DNA from: Candidatus Doudnabacteria bacterium | GTDB taxonomy: Bacteria > Patescibacteriota > Doudnabacteria > UBA920 | Direction of reading: 5' to 3' | Length of the DNA stretch: 64,000 bases | Assembly: GCA_020850635.1 (NCBI GenBank) | Contig: JADZEH010000032.1 | Span: forward strand, 11,421-75,420 | Part shown: positions 53,312 through 63,350 of the stretch, one piece after another | Numbering within the stretch: position 1 is the first letter of the stretch | How the letters are laid out: every line of letters starts with the position of its first letter | Translations under genes and position numbers: made by a program | The notes under the pieces: generated by a model | The model's input: only the letters and a program-made list of their open reading frames with translations | Database searches by the model: none | Told to the model about the DNA's origin: nothing

Positions 53312-54283
53312 TCAATCTTGATTTCTTAGAAGTTTGTTAAAGACGGTCTTTACGATTTCTAGTTTTTTGAAATCTTTCTTATCAAAAGCGTAGTAATGCA
53401 TCTGTCTAACTTGGCGAAGTATTTGTAAAGTCTTTTCAGTATCTATGATTTGTTGTTCGGTAAACTTTGTTTTTCCGTAGCCTTGGAAAAAAGCGTTTCT
53501 GGCTCGTGTGGCGCGCGCAGGATTTGTGGACCAAGACTTATCAAATAACTGTCTTCGAGAGAGTTCGATAAAATCGGCTAACCAAATTCCAGATCGAGCA
53601 TTATCCCAGTCAATCAGTATAACTTTATTCTTTTTGGTTACAATAAGATTAGTTTCGCTCATGTCACCATGTAATAATACCGGGTGAATTTTGTTTCGTA
53701 GTGGTTTGAAAGTTTGTCTAATATTTCTTGCGATGGCGGGATAGGGATCTGAATCTAACAATTTTTTATTAATCAATTGTTTTAGCACCTTTTTTATGCC
53801 AAGCAGTTGCATTTTAATGTAATCATTAAATTCGCCTTTCCCATTATTAATTAGCCCATATCGTTTTATTCGAACTCGATGTATTTTACTTGCTAAGGAA
53901 CCGAGCTCGAAATAGAGTTTGGTTTCGGTGATGATTTTCTTTTTGATTGCCGTTGTCCCATCTATGCCTGGTATGAATTCAGAAATCATAAAACCGTTTG
54001 GGAAAAAAGTTTTACTTTTGGAATAGTAAACCATCTTGGCGTGGGGGACTTTGAGCTTGCTTAGTTGTTTTTCTATCCATTCCAATTTGCCGTTTTCTGG
54101 CCAATCATGGTAGCGGAAGACGCGAGCTATAAAAAGGCCCTTGGAAGTTGATATCTTGTAAACGTGATTGATTTCACCGCTTTTAATTTTGTGAGCGGTT
54201 AAGACTTTGGTATCAAGAACCTTGGCAACCGCCACTTTTATTTTTTTATCGATTGATTTATTGTATGGAAAAATATCAGGCAT
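53312..54283 (-). CDS. aminoglycoside-phosphotransferase/choline-kinase-like kinase (APH fold)
   Basis: 323 aa. The Brenner motif is HGDMSETNLIV and the metal-binding motif is IDWDNARSG. The N-terminal Lys-containing lobe fits the APH fold. Confidence 0.75.
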   Translation of the reverse strand: MPDIFPYNKSIDKKIKVAVAKVLDTKVLTAHKIKSGEINHVYKISTSKGLFIARVFRYHDWPENGKLEWIEKQLSKLKVPHAKMVYYSKSKTFFPNGFMISEFIPGIDGTTAIKKKIITETKLYFELGSLASKIHRVRIKRYGLINNGKGEFNDYIKMQLLGIKKVLKQLINKKLLDSDPYPAIARNIRQTFKPLRNKIHPVLLHGDMSETNLIVTKKNKVILIDWDNARSGIWLADFIELSRRQLFDKSWSTNPARATRARNAFFQGYGKTKFTEQQIIDTEKTLQILRQVRQMHYYAFDKKDFKKLEIVKTVFNKLLRNQD

Positions 54284-54327
54284 GAGATAAGCATATCAAA
54301 AAATCGCTTCAGGGGCGATTTAAATAA

Positions 54328-54681
54328 TTATCTTTGTAGTTTTTGATAGTGATTTAATTCAGGGATGATTATAACCTCTTCTCCTAGAGGTATTGTGACT
54401 GTAAAAAAGGAGTGATTGGCAGAAATTTTGGCTTCGACAGATTTGAGGTCCTTCGATTTTTCCAATCTAGCCATTGCGGTATGAAATTTTTTAGATATTT
54501 CTTCTATCTGATTTTTACCTAACCAATTGTCATAGATGTTATTAAGTAAGTCATCTAATCTTTGAATGTTCTCTTCAATTTCATTTGGATCATTACGGAT
54601 AATCCATTTTTCATGAATAGGTAGATGGACTAATTTTTCTTTCTCTTGCTCTGGAACGTGACCTTTTTCAGATTCGCTCAT
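54328..54681 (-). CDS. hypothetical protein
   Basis: 117-aa charged protein with no motif. It is preceded by an extended -10 after a hairpin. Confidence 0.4.
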   Translation of the reverse strand: MSESEKGHVPEQEKEKLVHLPIHEKWIIRNDPNEIEENIQRLDDLLNNIYDNWLGKNQIEEISKKFHTAMARLEKSKDLKSVEAKISANHSFFTVTIPLGEEVIIIPELNHYQKLQR

Positions 54682-54690
54682 ATATTCTAG

Positions 54691-57372
54691 TTAATGTTTT
54701 CTATGGATAGCGCGGTATACCAACTTTCTCATTTCTTCTACAAGTATAATAGAGCTGGCGACGGCGGTGCAAATAAGCCATTCATTTGATGTCAGGGGAG
54801 TAGTGTGGAGAAGCTTGTTCATAAATGGACTGTAAATCGCAAAGACTTGCAGTGAAATAACAATTGCAGTTGCAGCTAGAAGGTATAAATTAGAAAATGG
54901 ATTCATAGCGAAGACTGATTTAGTATCACTACGACTATTCCATGCGTTAAACCATTGGTAGATTGCTAAAGTAGTCATGGCGATGGTTCCAGCAAGCGCA
55001 GGTTGTGTCCCTAAGTAGTAGTTAAACAAAACCAGAGTACCCACGGCCATGGTTAGCGCCATGATGAGAATGCGTTTGCCCATGAGCCAATCAACCAATA
55101 ACTTAGAGCGTGAATTAAAAGTTGATTGAAGTAGTCCCGATTCTTTTGGCTCCATTCCTAATGCCACAACCAAAAATCCATCGGTGACAAAGTTTAGCCA
55201 AATAATTTGTGAGGGTGTAACTGGTAAGGGAAGAGCAAGAAGAAGTGCTCCGGTAATAGTAAAGACTTCACCGATGCCAGTGGAGAACAAGTATAGAATA
55301 ACTTTCTTGATAGTTTTGTAGATACTGCGACCTTCTTCAATGGCTGAGACAATGCTGCCAAAGTTGTCATCAAGAAGAATGATGTCTGAGGCTTCTTTGG
55401 CGACTTCGGTACCAATCAGTCCCATGGACACACCAAGGTCAGCCGCAACTAAAGACGGTGCATCGTTAACTCCATCACCAGTCATGGCGATGATTTTCCC
55501 AGAGTGACGGTAAGCTTCGATGATCTTTAATTTATGTTCTGGAGTCACCCGTGCGAATACCGAAGTCTTGCGAAGTTTTTGAGCGAGTTGTTTGGCTGTG
55601 AGTGTATCAAGTTCTGGGCCGGTGATAACGTTATCGCCCTTTTTGAATATTCCCGCTTCGGTAGCGATAGCCTCTGCGGTTACAACATGATCTCCAGTGA
55701 TCATAACCACACGAATCCCAGCATTACGGGCTTTGAATAGTGCCGCTTCGACTTCAGGACGGAGTGTATCACGAATCCCAAACAAACCAATGAATGACAG
55801 TTTTTCAACATCATTAATTTCAATGGTTTTGGTATTCTTTTTCAATTCTGCAGCTATGCCGAGAACGCGTAAACCTTTTTTGGAAAATTTGTGGATCTGG
55901 GCCTCAATAGCTCGCTTGTCTTTGGGGGTGAGGTTGTGGAAAGAGTGATTGCTAAAAAATCGATTTGATTTGTCGAGAATGACTTCAGGAGCACCAATGG
56001 CGATTAACAAGTTACCATTGTCTTGTTGATGAAGTGTGGCGTGGTATTTGGTTTTTGATGAGAATGGTAGTTCGGCAAGAAGAGGTGAGTGTTTTTCGAG
56101 TGTATCTTTGTAAATCCCAAGTTTTTCAGCAAAGACTAACATAGAAGCTTCAGTAGGATCTCCTGTAACTTGCCATTGTTTAGTGTCTTCATTAAACGAA
56201 GCTCTAGCGTTGGCACAGTAAGCGGCGTAGCGTGCGACGGCAGCTAAAGAAGAATCTTTGTTAATGTGTACTTCAGAGCCGTTTAATTCAATTGCGCCAA
56301 CTGGTTCGTAACCAGAGCCTTCTATGTCGTAAGTTTTACCATCAACAAAAACTTTTTGCACAGTCATTTCGTTTTTGGTAATCGTTCCAGTTTTGTCGAC
56401 CGCAATAATTTGCGCTTCACCTAAACTTTCCACGGCTTGGAGTTTTTTGACGAGTGCGTTTTGTTTACTCATGCGACGAACACCGGTGGCGAGCACTAAA
56501 GTAATGACAACTGGTAAACCCTCCGGAATTATTGAGACTGAGAGTGAAACAACCGTCGCTAAAATGGTTAGGAATGTTAAACCTTGAATCAAGCCGATTA
56601 TCATCAAAATAGAGGCGATACTGGCCGCGACGATAATTATCAGCCTAGAAAGTTTGGCAATGCTTTTTTTGAGGGGGTCTTCGGTATCGATATTGCTGAT
56701 GGTCTCAGAGATTTTCCCGATGACTGTATTCAGACCAGTTTCTACTACTATGGCGTGTCCGTTGCCAGCGACAACATGAGTGCCCTTAAAGATCATGTTG
56801 TGTTGTTCGGTGTCTGCTAAGTTTTTGCGAGTAATCGTCTCAACAGTTTTCTTTACTGGTTCAGATTCACCAGTTAAAGAAGCTTCATCAATTGTGAGGT
56901 TGTTAGAGAGGAAGAGGCGAGCATCAGCTGGAACTTTATCACCTTCGTGAAGGAGGATAATGTCACCAACCACCACTTCCGTGTCAGAAATAATGATGTC
57001 TTTGTCATCGCGTAAGACTGTGGCTTTGGTGCTGACGAATTGTTTGAGCGCGGCAAGAGCATTTTGAGCCCGGCCTTCTTGGAACGTGCCAATAACCGCG
57101 TTAATGCTTAGAACGGAGAGTACAACAATACTATCGCTGATATCACCGATGAAGTAGACAATAACTGAAGCGCTGAACAGCAAGTAGATTAAAGGACTTT
57201 GAAATTGACGCGCAAAAATTTTAAGCAGGCTATCTGCTTTGGGTTCTGGTAATGCGTTGGGGCCATTTTCGCGCAAACGTTTGCGAGCAATGGCGGCGCT
57301 TAAGCCTTTTTTGTTTGTTTCAAGTTCGCGAAAGATCTGCTGAGCAGATTTAGCGTACCAATTTGGTCTCAT
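54691..57372 (-). CDS. P-type cation-transporting ATPase (type II, Ca2+/Mg2+-like)
   Basis: 893 aa. The motifs are [22 protein letters not shown] and [10 protein letters not shown], and there are 10 predicted TM helices. Confidence 0.9.
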   Translation of the reverse strand: MRPNWYAKSAQQIFRELETNKKGLSAAIARKRLRENGPNALPEPKADSLLKIFARQFQSPLIYLLFSASVIVYFIGDISDSIVVLSVLSINAVIGTFQEGRAQNALAALKQFVSTKATVLRDDKDIIISDTEVVVGDIILLHEGDKVPADARLFLSNNLTIDEASLTGESEPVKKTVETITRKNLADTEQHNMIFKGTHVVAGNGHAIVVETGLNTVIGKISETISNIDTEDPLKKSIAKLSRLIIIVAASIASILMIIGLIQGLTFLTILATVVSLSVSIIPEGLPVVITLVLATGVRRMSKQNALVKKLQAVESLGEAQIIAVDKTGTITKNEMTVQKVFVDGKTYDIEGSGYEPVGAIELNGSEVHINKDSSLAAVARYAAYCANARASFNEDTKQWQVTGDPTEASMLVFAEKLGIYKDTLEKHSPLLAELPFSSKTKYHATLHQQDNGNLLIAIGAPEVILDKSNRFFSNHSFHNLTPKDKRAIEAQIHKFSKKGLRVLGIAAELKKNTKTIEINDVEKLSFIGLFGIRDTLRPEVEAALFKARNAGIRVVMITGDHVVTAEAIATEAGIFKKGDNVITGPELDTLTAKQLAQKLRKTSVFARVTPEHKLKIIEAYRHSGKIIAMTGDGVNDAPSLVAADLGVSMGLIGTEVAKEASDIILLDDNFGSIVSAIEEGRSIYKTIKKVILYLFSTGIGEVFTITGALLLALPLPVTPSQIIWLNFVTDGFLVVALGMEPKESGLLQSTFNSRSKLLVDWLMGKRILIMALTMAVGTLVLFNYYLGTQPALAGTIAMTTLAIYQWFNAWNSRSDTKSVFAMNPFSNLYLLAATAIVISLQVFAIYSPFMNKLLHTTPLTSNEWLICTAVASSIILVEEMRKLVYRAIHRKH

Positions 57373-57408
57373 CTATGTTATTATAGCAGGTCTTTAACAA
57401 AAAACCGC

Positions 57409-58275
57409 CTAAACAGAGGCGGAGTTTTGAGAGTTTTGTAATTCTTGAAGTTTTTGGGCAGCTTCAAGTGGTACCCAGCGATAATGCTGATGCCCAGCTT
57501 TATCTTTTATCTTGGTAAGAAAGAGGTCTTTGGCGCCAATTTGGAAAGAAAATACTAAAGTGTTGATCATAAACAAGATTAACTCTTGAGTAGCGCGGTT
57601 CATAAAGTTGAGTACTGGTTCTTGGTAACCATCGGAGTGGGTAAAGAGTTGAGGAATAACCGTGCGATGTTTTTGTTCAAAGACAAAGGGAGTAATTGCC
57701 GTTAAATTTCCTTGCTCATCTTTTTTGTCGACAACCGTGGTTAAGTAGCCGAGCCATCGAGTGTTGCTAGAAATAAATTGTTCTAAATCTTTACCGAACT
57801 GTAATTTATTTTCTGGAGTGTTGGCTTTAATGTATTCGCCAATGGCTTTACCGCTGTGGGGGATGCTGTCTTCACCGGTTGAAGTTTCCCATTCTTTGAA
57901 AGAACTACCGAGAATGACATTCATAGCTTTGCTTAATGCGTCGAGACTAGGCTTGATCTCAGAGAAAAAGCCAATAATGTATTGTTGCAATTCTGGAACG
58001 TTCTTGGAAATGTTTTCGTCTTTAGCTTTAGTCTTTTGGCCTTCGCGTTTAAACTCTTTCCACGACGCTTTTTCATTAATCTTGTAGTTACGACGATGCT
58101 CATTCATAGCAAAGAGTCCTGTGCCGAGAGCTTCGAGCGCTTCTTCGAGTGCGGTTTCTTGTTCTGGCTTGTCTTTGTACAGAGTTTCTTTAGTGTTGAG
58201 CTGGTCGGGTAAAGATAAAAGTTCGCCAACAATTAAAGCATCTGCTAAGTCGATAGGTTTTAAAGATGTGTTCAT
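57409..58275 (-). CDS. hypothetical protein
   Basis: 288 aa, soluble, with no recognisable motif. Confidence 0.45.
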   Translation of the reverse strand: MNTSLKPIDLADALIVGELLSLPDQLNTKETLYKDKPEQETALEEALEALGTGLFAMNEHRRNYKINEKASWKEFKREGQKTKAKDENISKNVPELQQYIIGFFSEIKPSLDALSKAMNVILGSSFKEWETSTGEDSIPHSGKAIGEYIKANTPENKLQFGKDLEQFISSNTRWLGYLTTVVDKKDEQGNLTAITPFVFEQKHRTVIPQLFTHSDGYQEPVLNFMNRATQELILFMINTLVFSFQIGAKDLFLTKIKDKAGHQHYRWVPLEAAQKLQELQNSQNSASV

Positions 58276-58445
58276 AGATTGATCTATTATATGGAAAAAT
58301 ATGGCTTAAGTCAATGCTCGCGATTGACGCGACCTCATCTTGGGCAGTACTATATAGTTATGAAAAAGTTTTTTAAAGCCGTGTGGCGACAATTGGAAGT
58401 TATCATCGGAGGCATCATCAATTTTATTGGAGATAAGTTGGGTTA

Positions 58446-59624
58446 ATGCGCGTCGCTAGCAATAAATTTTATATTGGGTTTGTCGTTGTGGTCACAGCAT
58501 TTTTAGCTGTGGCTTTTGTTAAACACGATACTTCTCGTTTTGCAGAGATTCCTTTAGAAGCAGTGGCCCCAAATGTTTCGCCATTTTCTGAATACGAACG
58601 AGGAAAGGTGGTGGAAATAATTGATGAACAACGCGATGACTTAGGTGATGATTCTTCATTAGAGCGAATTGTTCAAACGGCTAAAGTTGAATTAACCACA
58701 GGAGAAAAAGCAGGGGAGACAACCGAAGTTACTCATGAGGTTGTTGACCCACGACAGGTGTTAAAGGTTAACAGTAAGGTTGTGTTGGCGTATTTAGGTG
58801 AAGAACAGATTATCTCTGGAAACGAGTACGTGGTGATTGATATCTATCGACTTCCCGGCATTGGTATTTTTGTGTTACTGTTCATTGCCTTGGCGATTAT
58901 TTTTGGAAGATGGCATGGTTTGACTGCTATTTTGGGTTTGGCTTTCAGTTTAGTTGTCTTGTTGTATTATTTAGCTCCACAAATTTTGTCAGGAGCAAAT
59001 CCTGTTGTGGCAGCGATTATTGCTGCTGTGGTGATTGCTATCGTTTCAATTTATGTGGCGCATGGATTTAATAGACGAACGACTCTCGCTGTTGTTTCTA
59101 CTATAGTTGTATTATTTTTAGCTGAAGGCTTGGCTGCCGTTGCAGTTAAAATTTTTCATTTGTTTGGCAATGGTTCGGAAGAAGTCTTTTTACTACAAGC
59201 CACATCTTTAGGCGCACTCGACTTACAAGGGGTTCTCCTTGCTAGCATTATTATTGGTACTCTAGGAATTTTGGATGATATTACGACAGCGCAAAGTGCC
59301 GCAGTCGAAGAGCTTTATTTAGCAAATTCTAGCGTTAGTTTGCGCGAGCTTTATAATAAAGCTATGTCGATTGGTCGAGAACACATTGCGTCTTTGATCA
59401 ACACCTTAGTTTTAGTTTATGCCGGAGCGTTTTTCCCGCTATTCCTTGTGATCGTCTTAAACTTTCACCAGCCAATTTGGGTGGTTATGAATAGTGAATT
59501 CATTGCCGAAGAAATTGTCAGGGCGTTGGTGGGAAGCACTGCCTTAGTTCTAGCCGTGCCTTTATCTAGTATTTTAGCTTCGTGGTATTTTACTCGACGT
59601 CATAAAAAAACAACCCCAAGTTAG
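58446..59624 (+). CDS. YibE/F-like integral membrane protein
   Basis: 392 aa. It has an N-terminal TM, an extracytoplasmic domain of about 110 aa, then 6-7 TM helices. This architecture and composition are typical of the YibE/F family. Confidence 0.55.
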   Translation: MRVASNKFYIGFVVVVTAFLAVAFVKHDTSRFAEIPLEAVAPNVSPFSEYERGKVVEIIDEQRDDLGDDSSLERIVQTAKVELTTGEKAGETTEVTHEVVDPRQVLKVNSKVVLAYLGEEQIISGNEYVVIDIYRLPGIGIFVLLFIALAIIFGRWHGLTAILGLAFSLVVLLYYLAPQILSGANPVVAAIIAAVVIAIVSIYVAHGFNRRTTLAVVSTIVVLFLAEGLAAVAVKIFHLFGNGSEEVFLLQATSLGALDLQGVLLASIIIGTLGILDDITTAQSAAVEELYLANSSVSLRELYNKAMSIGREHIASLINTLVLVYAGAFFPLFLVIVLNFHQPIWVVMNSEFIAEEIVRALVGSTALVLAVPLSSILASWYFTRRHKKTTPS

Positions 59625-59652
59625 GGGTTGTTTTTTTATGACTTACATTACG

Positions 59653-60483
59653 TTACTCGTTAGAGTCTTCTGGGCTTTCGGGTTCACCCAAGGTGGCCTT
59701 TAGTGTATCACGAGCCGCTGTCGATTCGGTTTTAAATGTTTCGATAGCCGCTTTGATAGCAGCTTGTCTCGTGTTCTTAAGTTCTTCTAATTCTGAACTT
59801 GAGCTTTCAAAAGTTTTGCGTTCAGCTGCAAACTTTTCTTTAGCCGCTTTTATAGATGCTTGTAGAGTTTGAAATACAGTTTGCTTGTCGACACCAGAAG
59901 CACAGTCGGCTTTTGCTTGTGTCACGGCGGCGTCAATAGAAGCCTTCATAGTTGCTAAAGCTGAAGCCATTTTGTCTTGGCGGCTGCCCAAGATTTCTTG
60001 TACTCCTTGGAGGTAAGCTGTAAGTGCGGTATCAATTGCTGCACGTCGTTTTGCTACTGCGGCTTCGATTTGAGCCTGGAATACTTTTATAGCAGCTTGA
60101 TCATCGCTCTCAGGATATTTTTCTAAAAGCTTGGCGATAAGTTCTTCGCGATTGTCATCGGCTTTGCCACGAAAAGTATCAAGTTTTTCGCGACCATTAC
60201 CTTTGCGAGCGATAAGTTCCTCGCGACGATGAATTTTTCGTTCTTGCCATTCTGTGCGCTTACCTTCAAGTCGTTTCTTTATACTCTCAGCGCCTTGCTC
60301 AAGGCGTAAACAAGCTTGAGCATCTTTGGGGCGTTTTTCCTCAGAGTCTTTATTTTTTAGCTGTTCAAATCTTCTTCGTTCAAGATTGCTTTTATCATCA
60401 GTACTTTCTTCGTTGGCATAAGCCGGTAAAGCTAAAGCAAACAGGAATAGTCCGACAATAAGTTGTTTAGAAGTTGATGTCAT
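59653..60483 (-). CDS. secreted coiled-coil protein
   Basis: 276 aa with a signal peptide (MTSTSKQLIVGLFLFALALPAYA). It is highly charged with Ala/Lys/Glu repeats. Confidence 0.5.
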   Translation of the reverse strand: MTSTSKQLIVGLFLFALALPAYANEESTDDKSNLERRRFEQLKNKDSEEKRPKDAQACLRLEQGAESIKKRLEGKRTEWQERKIHRREELIARKGNGREKLDTFRGKADDNREELIAKLLEKYPESDDQAAIKVFQAQIEAAVAKRRAAIDTALTAYLQGVQEILGSRQDKMASALATMKASIDAAVTQAKADCASGVDKQTVFQTLQASIKAAKEKFAAERKTFESSSSELEELKNTRQAAIKAAIETFKTESTAARDTLKATLGEPESPEDSNE

Positions 60484-60787
60484 AGTTGTCGTTGCTTGTG
60501 CTGTTAATAATCTCTTGGTCTTTAGTCACGCTTTCGTTGGCATCGGTATCAGCGCTAGCGTTAGCTGTTTCTTGTTCTTTTACAGCATCATTTGTAATTT
60601 GATCGAGAGTGCTATCAATACTTATTGGTACATTATCTTCTGAAGATGCTTCAGTTGATGATTGTTTTGTAGAATCAGAAACTGTCGTGTCTGATGCTGT
60701 CTTTTGTTTGATAGAGAGCCCAATTGCTGTTGCGGTGATTAAAACCACAAGGATAATTGGTCCCCAGATCATCACTTTTTTGTTCAT
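60467..60787 (-). CDS. small membrane-anchored Ser/Thr/Asp-rich protein
   Basis: 106 aa with an N-terminal TM helix and a low-complexity tail. It overlaps the downstream gene by 17 nt. Confidence 0.4.
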   Translation of the reverse strand: MNKKVMIWGPIILVVLITATAIGLSIKQKTASDTTVSDSTKQSSTEASSEDNVPISIDSTLDQITNDAVKEQETANASADTDANESVTKDQEIINSTSNDNYDINF

Positions 60788-61008
60788 ATATATTTAGTTA
60801 ATTTTTCTAGGTGCAAAGCGCCTAGATACATTATACCGTACTTCCCAAGTATTTATTGATTCAATGGGGGATATGCCATAACTAACCCTAAAAATCTTTA
60901 ATTTTACTAATGAAAGGAAATATGCTATAATATACGCATATTACTACTGCGGAGGGGCATGTAGTTTTTTATTTTCGATATTTTAGATTTTGAGAAAGGG
61001 AATGTCTT

Positions 61009-61500
61009 ATGGTCAAAAAAGTTAAACCAGTTCCAACTGGCTTTCCAGCTATTTCTTTGAAGTTCACGAATTGGATCGGATCAGTGTCCTCACTTATTTT
61101 ACACACGATATTTTTTGTGGGTAGTTTTGTTTTGTATTTTTGGGGTGTTGATTTGGAGAAGATTTTATTAGTGTTAACAACTGTGGTCTCACTCGAAGCG
61201 ATTTATTTAGCAATCTTTATTCAAATGACGGTCAATCGTAATACTCAAAGTTTGGAAGAAGTTGAAGAAGACATCGATGAAATTCAAGAAGACGTTGAAG
61301 AAATTGAAAAAGATATTGATGAGATGGAAAAAGATATCGATGAAATTCAAGAAGACGTTGAAGAAATTGAAAAAGATGATGAAGAGGATGACAAGCATGA
61401 CAACGCCACGATGCAATCTCTAACCGAGATTCAAACAAACTTAGTGAGACTGATGGGTGATATTGAAGTTTTAAAACAAGAGAAACAAGAAAAGAAATAA
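61009..61500 (+). CDS. membrane protein with a tandemly repeated acidic coiled-coil tail
   Basis: 163 aa with two TM helices. The repeat is (EEDIDEIQEDVEEIEKDIDEM) x2, encoded by a 63-bp tandem repeat. Confidence 0.5.
   Translation: MVKKVKPVPTGFPAISLKFTNWIGSVSSLILHTIFFVGSFVLYFWGVDLEKILLVLTTVVSLEAIYLAIFIQMTVNRNTQSLEEVEEDIDEIQEDVEEIEKDIDEMEKDIDEIQEDVEEIEKDDEEDDKHDNATMQSLTEIQTNLVRLMGDIEVLKQEKQEKK
61273..61398 (+). repeat. 63-bp tandem repeat (2 copies) inside the 61009-61500 CDS
   Basis: ATCGATGAAATTCAAGAAGACGTTGAAGAAATTGAAAAAGAT recurs with a period of 63 nt. Confidence 0.7.
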
Positions 61501-61512
61501 TATATTTAAAAG

Positions 61513-61537
61513 GCCCCCAGCTGGGGGCTTTTATTTT
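61513..61537. terminator. bidirectional intrinsic terminator
   Basis: The hairpin GCCCCCAGCTGGGGGC + T-run is identical to the one at 9644-9659. Confidence 0.7.
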
Positions 61538-63285
61538 TAACTATCTCGGCTGGCAATTTGTTGACGCCATAGCGCAGCGTACAAACCTTTTTGCTCAAGG
61601 AGGTTGCTGTGACTTCCTTGTTCCACAATTTTTCCTTTTTCTAGAACAAAAATATTTTTGGCATGAATGATAGTTGAGAGACGATGAGCGACTAAGACTG
61701 TAATAAGCCCTGGTTTTAACTTTTCGATATCGCGGATAGTTGCGGTAATTTCTTCTTCCGTTAGGGAATCCAAACTGCTTGTGGCTTCGTCAAAAATAAT
61801 TAAGTCTGGATCACGAAGTAGGGCACGGGCAATAGCCAGTCGTTGCTTTTCACCACCGGAAAGTTTCAGGCCACCTTCGCCAATTTTAGTTTCCAATCCT
61901 TGTCCACCACGTTCAATTATGGTAGTAGCCGACGCCGCTTTGAGAGCGTTGAGGCAATCTGCATCGCTGGCATCTGGTGAGGCAAATAATAGGTTTTCTC
62001 GAATCGTTCCGGCGAATAACTGGGTGTCTTGGCTGACTAAACCAATTTGTTTACGGAAGTCAGCAATATCAATAGTTTGGTTATCGGTTCCATTGATTAA
62101 AATTTTACCAGTAGTTGGTTTATACAAGCCGACAAGTAATTTAATTAAAGTAGTTTTACCGCTGCCAGAAGGTCCGACAAAGGCAACAGTGTCTCCTGGA
62201 CAGATGTTAATGTTGATATCGTTCACAGCGATTTCTGGTCCCGACTCATATTTAAAGCTCACCGCATTAAAAGCGATGTTTTTGACATCACCAATACTTA
62301 CAGGATTTTCTGGCTTTGGTTCTTTTGGTGTGTTTAGAATTCCTTCCAATCTTTCCATGCTCGCTTTGGTTTCTTGGTAAGTCGTGGTTAAATTGCCAAA
62401 CTCAGAAAGCGGATTGAATATCATGAAAGAGTAAAACAATAAAGTGAAGAACTCACCCAAACTAATGGCTGTGGTGAAGACTAGCCATAACATGAGGAGC
62501 ATTAACACAGAGCGGAGAGCATTGATGAGGGTACCTTGAATAAACGAAAATTTTCGAATTAAGCGAATCTTCTTTAATTCCAGCTGTAAAATTGTTTCGT
62601 TGACGGTATTGAGGTGAGTAATTTCTTGCTGTTCTAACCCCAAAGATTTGACAAGCTCAACGTTACGCAAGGTTTCGGTAGTGGATCCCGCTAAACTCGA
62701 GGTTTCTTTGATAATGATTTCCTGAGCACCCTTAATTTTCTTAGAAATTAAATAGGTGGCAGTTCCTAAAATCGGAATAATTAAGATATAACCAACACCG
62801 ATTGACCAGTGAACAAAGAAAGCATAGCCAATTACAAAAATTATTCCTACGAGAGATAAAAATAAAATGCCAATACTTTGGCCGATTAAAAGTTGGCTAT
62901 CGTTACGAGCTTTTTGAAGTTTGTTTAAAAATTCGCCACTGCGCTGATCTTCAAACACGGCAAAAGGTAGAGAAAAAGAATGTTCAACGCTATGGTTGTA
63001 CATTCGTGCGCCAAGTCGTTGAGTGATGACGTTGACGAAATAGTCTTGAAAGTTTTTAGCAATGCGAGAGATAAAAGCGACTCCCATGGTTGCTAATAAG
63101 AGCAGCCCCACACCCTTTAAAAATTGGTTTTGAGGGATTTTATCAATCTGGGTAGCGTAATTATCAATAATGTATCGAAAAATCTGTGGGTCGAGCAAGG
63201 AAAATAATTGGTTGGTTGTGGCTAAAACCAAAGCAATAGCCAGCAGCTTTTTGTAGTTTTTGAGGTAATTCCAAAGTAATTTCAT
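61537..63285 (-). CDS. ABC exporter, fused permease and ATPase (MsbA/LmrA-like)
   Basis: The N-terminal 6-TM domain is followed by the NBD. Walker A is GPSGSGKTT, the signature is LSGGEKQR and Walker B is IIFDEATS. The start is set at the internal Met (MKLLWNYLKNY, 63285), because the longer tracked ORF overlaps the upstream gene. Confidence 0.8.
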   Translation of the reverse strand: MKLLWNYLKNYKKLLAIALVLATTNQLFSLLDPQIFRYIIDNYATQIDKIPQNQFLKGVGLLLLATMGVAFISRIAKNFQDYFVNVITQRLGARMYNHSVEHSFSLPFAVFEDQRSGEFLNKLQKARNDSQLLIGQSIGILFLSLVGIIFVIGYAFFVHWSIGVGYILIIPILGTATYLISKKIKGAQEIIIKETSSLAGSTTETLRNVELVKSLGLEQQEITHLNTVNETILQLELKKIRLIRKFSFIQGTLINALRSVLMLLMLWLVFTTAISLGEFFTLLFYSFMIFNPLSEFGNLTTTYQETKASMERLEGILNTPKEPKPENPVSIGDVKNIAFNAVSFKYESGPEIAVNDININICPGDTVAFVGPSGSGKTTLIKLLVGLYKPTTGKILINGTDNQTIDIADFRKQIGLVSQDTQLFAGTIRENLLFASPDASDADCLNALKAASATTIIERGGQGLETKIGEGGLKLSGGEKQRLAIARALLRDPDLIIFDEATSSLDSLTEEEITATIRDIEKLKPGLITVLVAHRLSTIIHAKNIFVLEKGKIVEQGSHSNLLEQKGLYAALWRQQIASRDS

Positions 63286-63350
63286 ATCTCTTAGTATGCA
63301 TTGCTTAGGAAATTTGGTCAAAAAATAGCCACCGAGCGTGAGCGAGGTGG

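Noticed and set aside
61207-61438. Two minus-strand ORFs (68-69 aa) inside the tandem-repeat region
   Set aside because: They are antisense to a membrane-protein gene, and low-complexity repeat DNA creates open frames on both strands.
61781-62380. 199-aa plus-strand ORF inside the ABC exporter gene
   Set aside because: It is antisense to a gene with complete Walker A, signature and Walker B motifs and has no features of its own.
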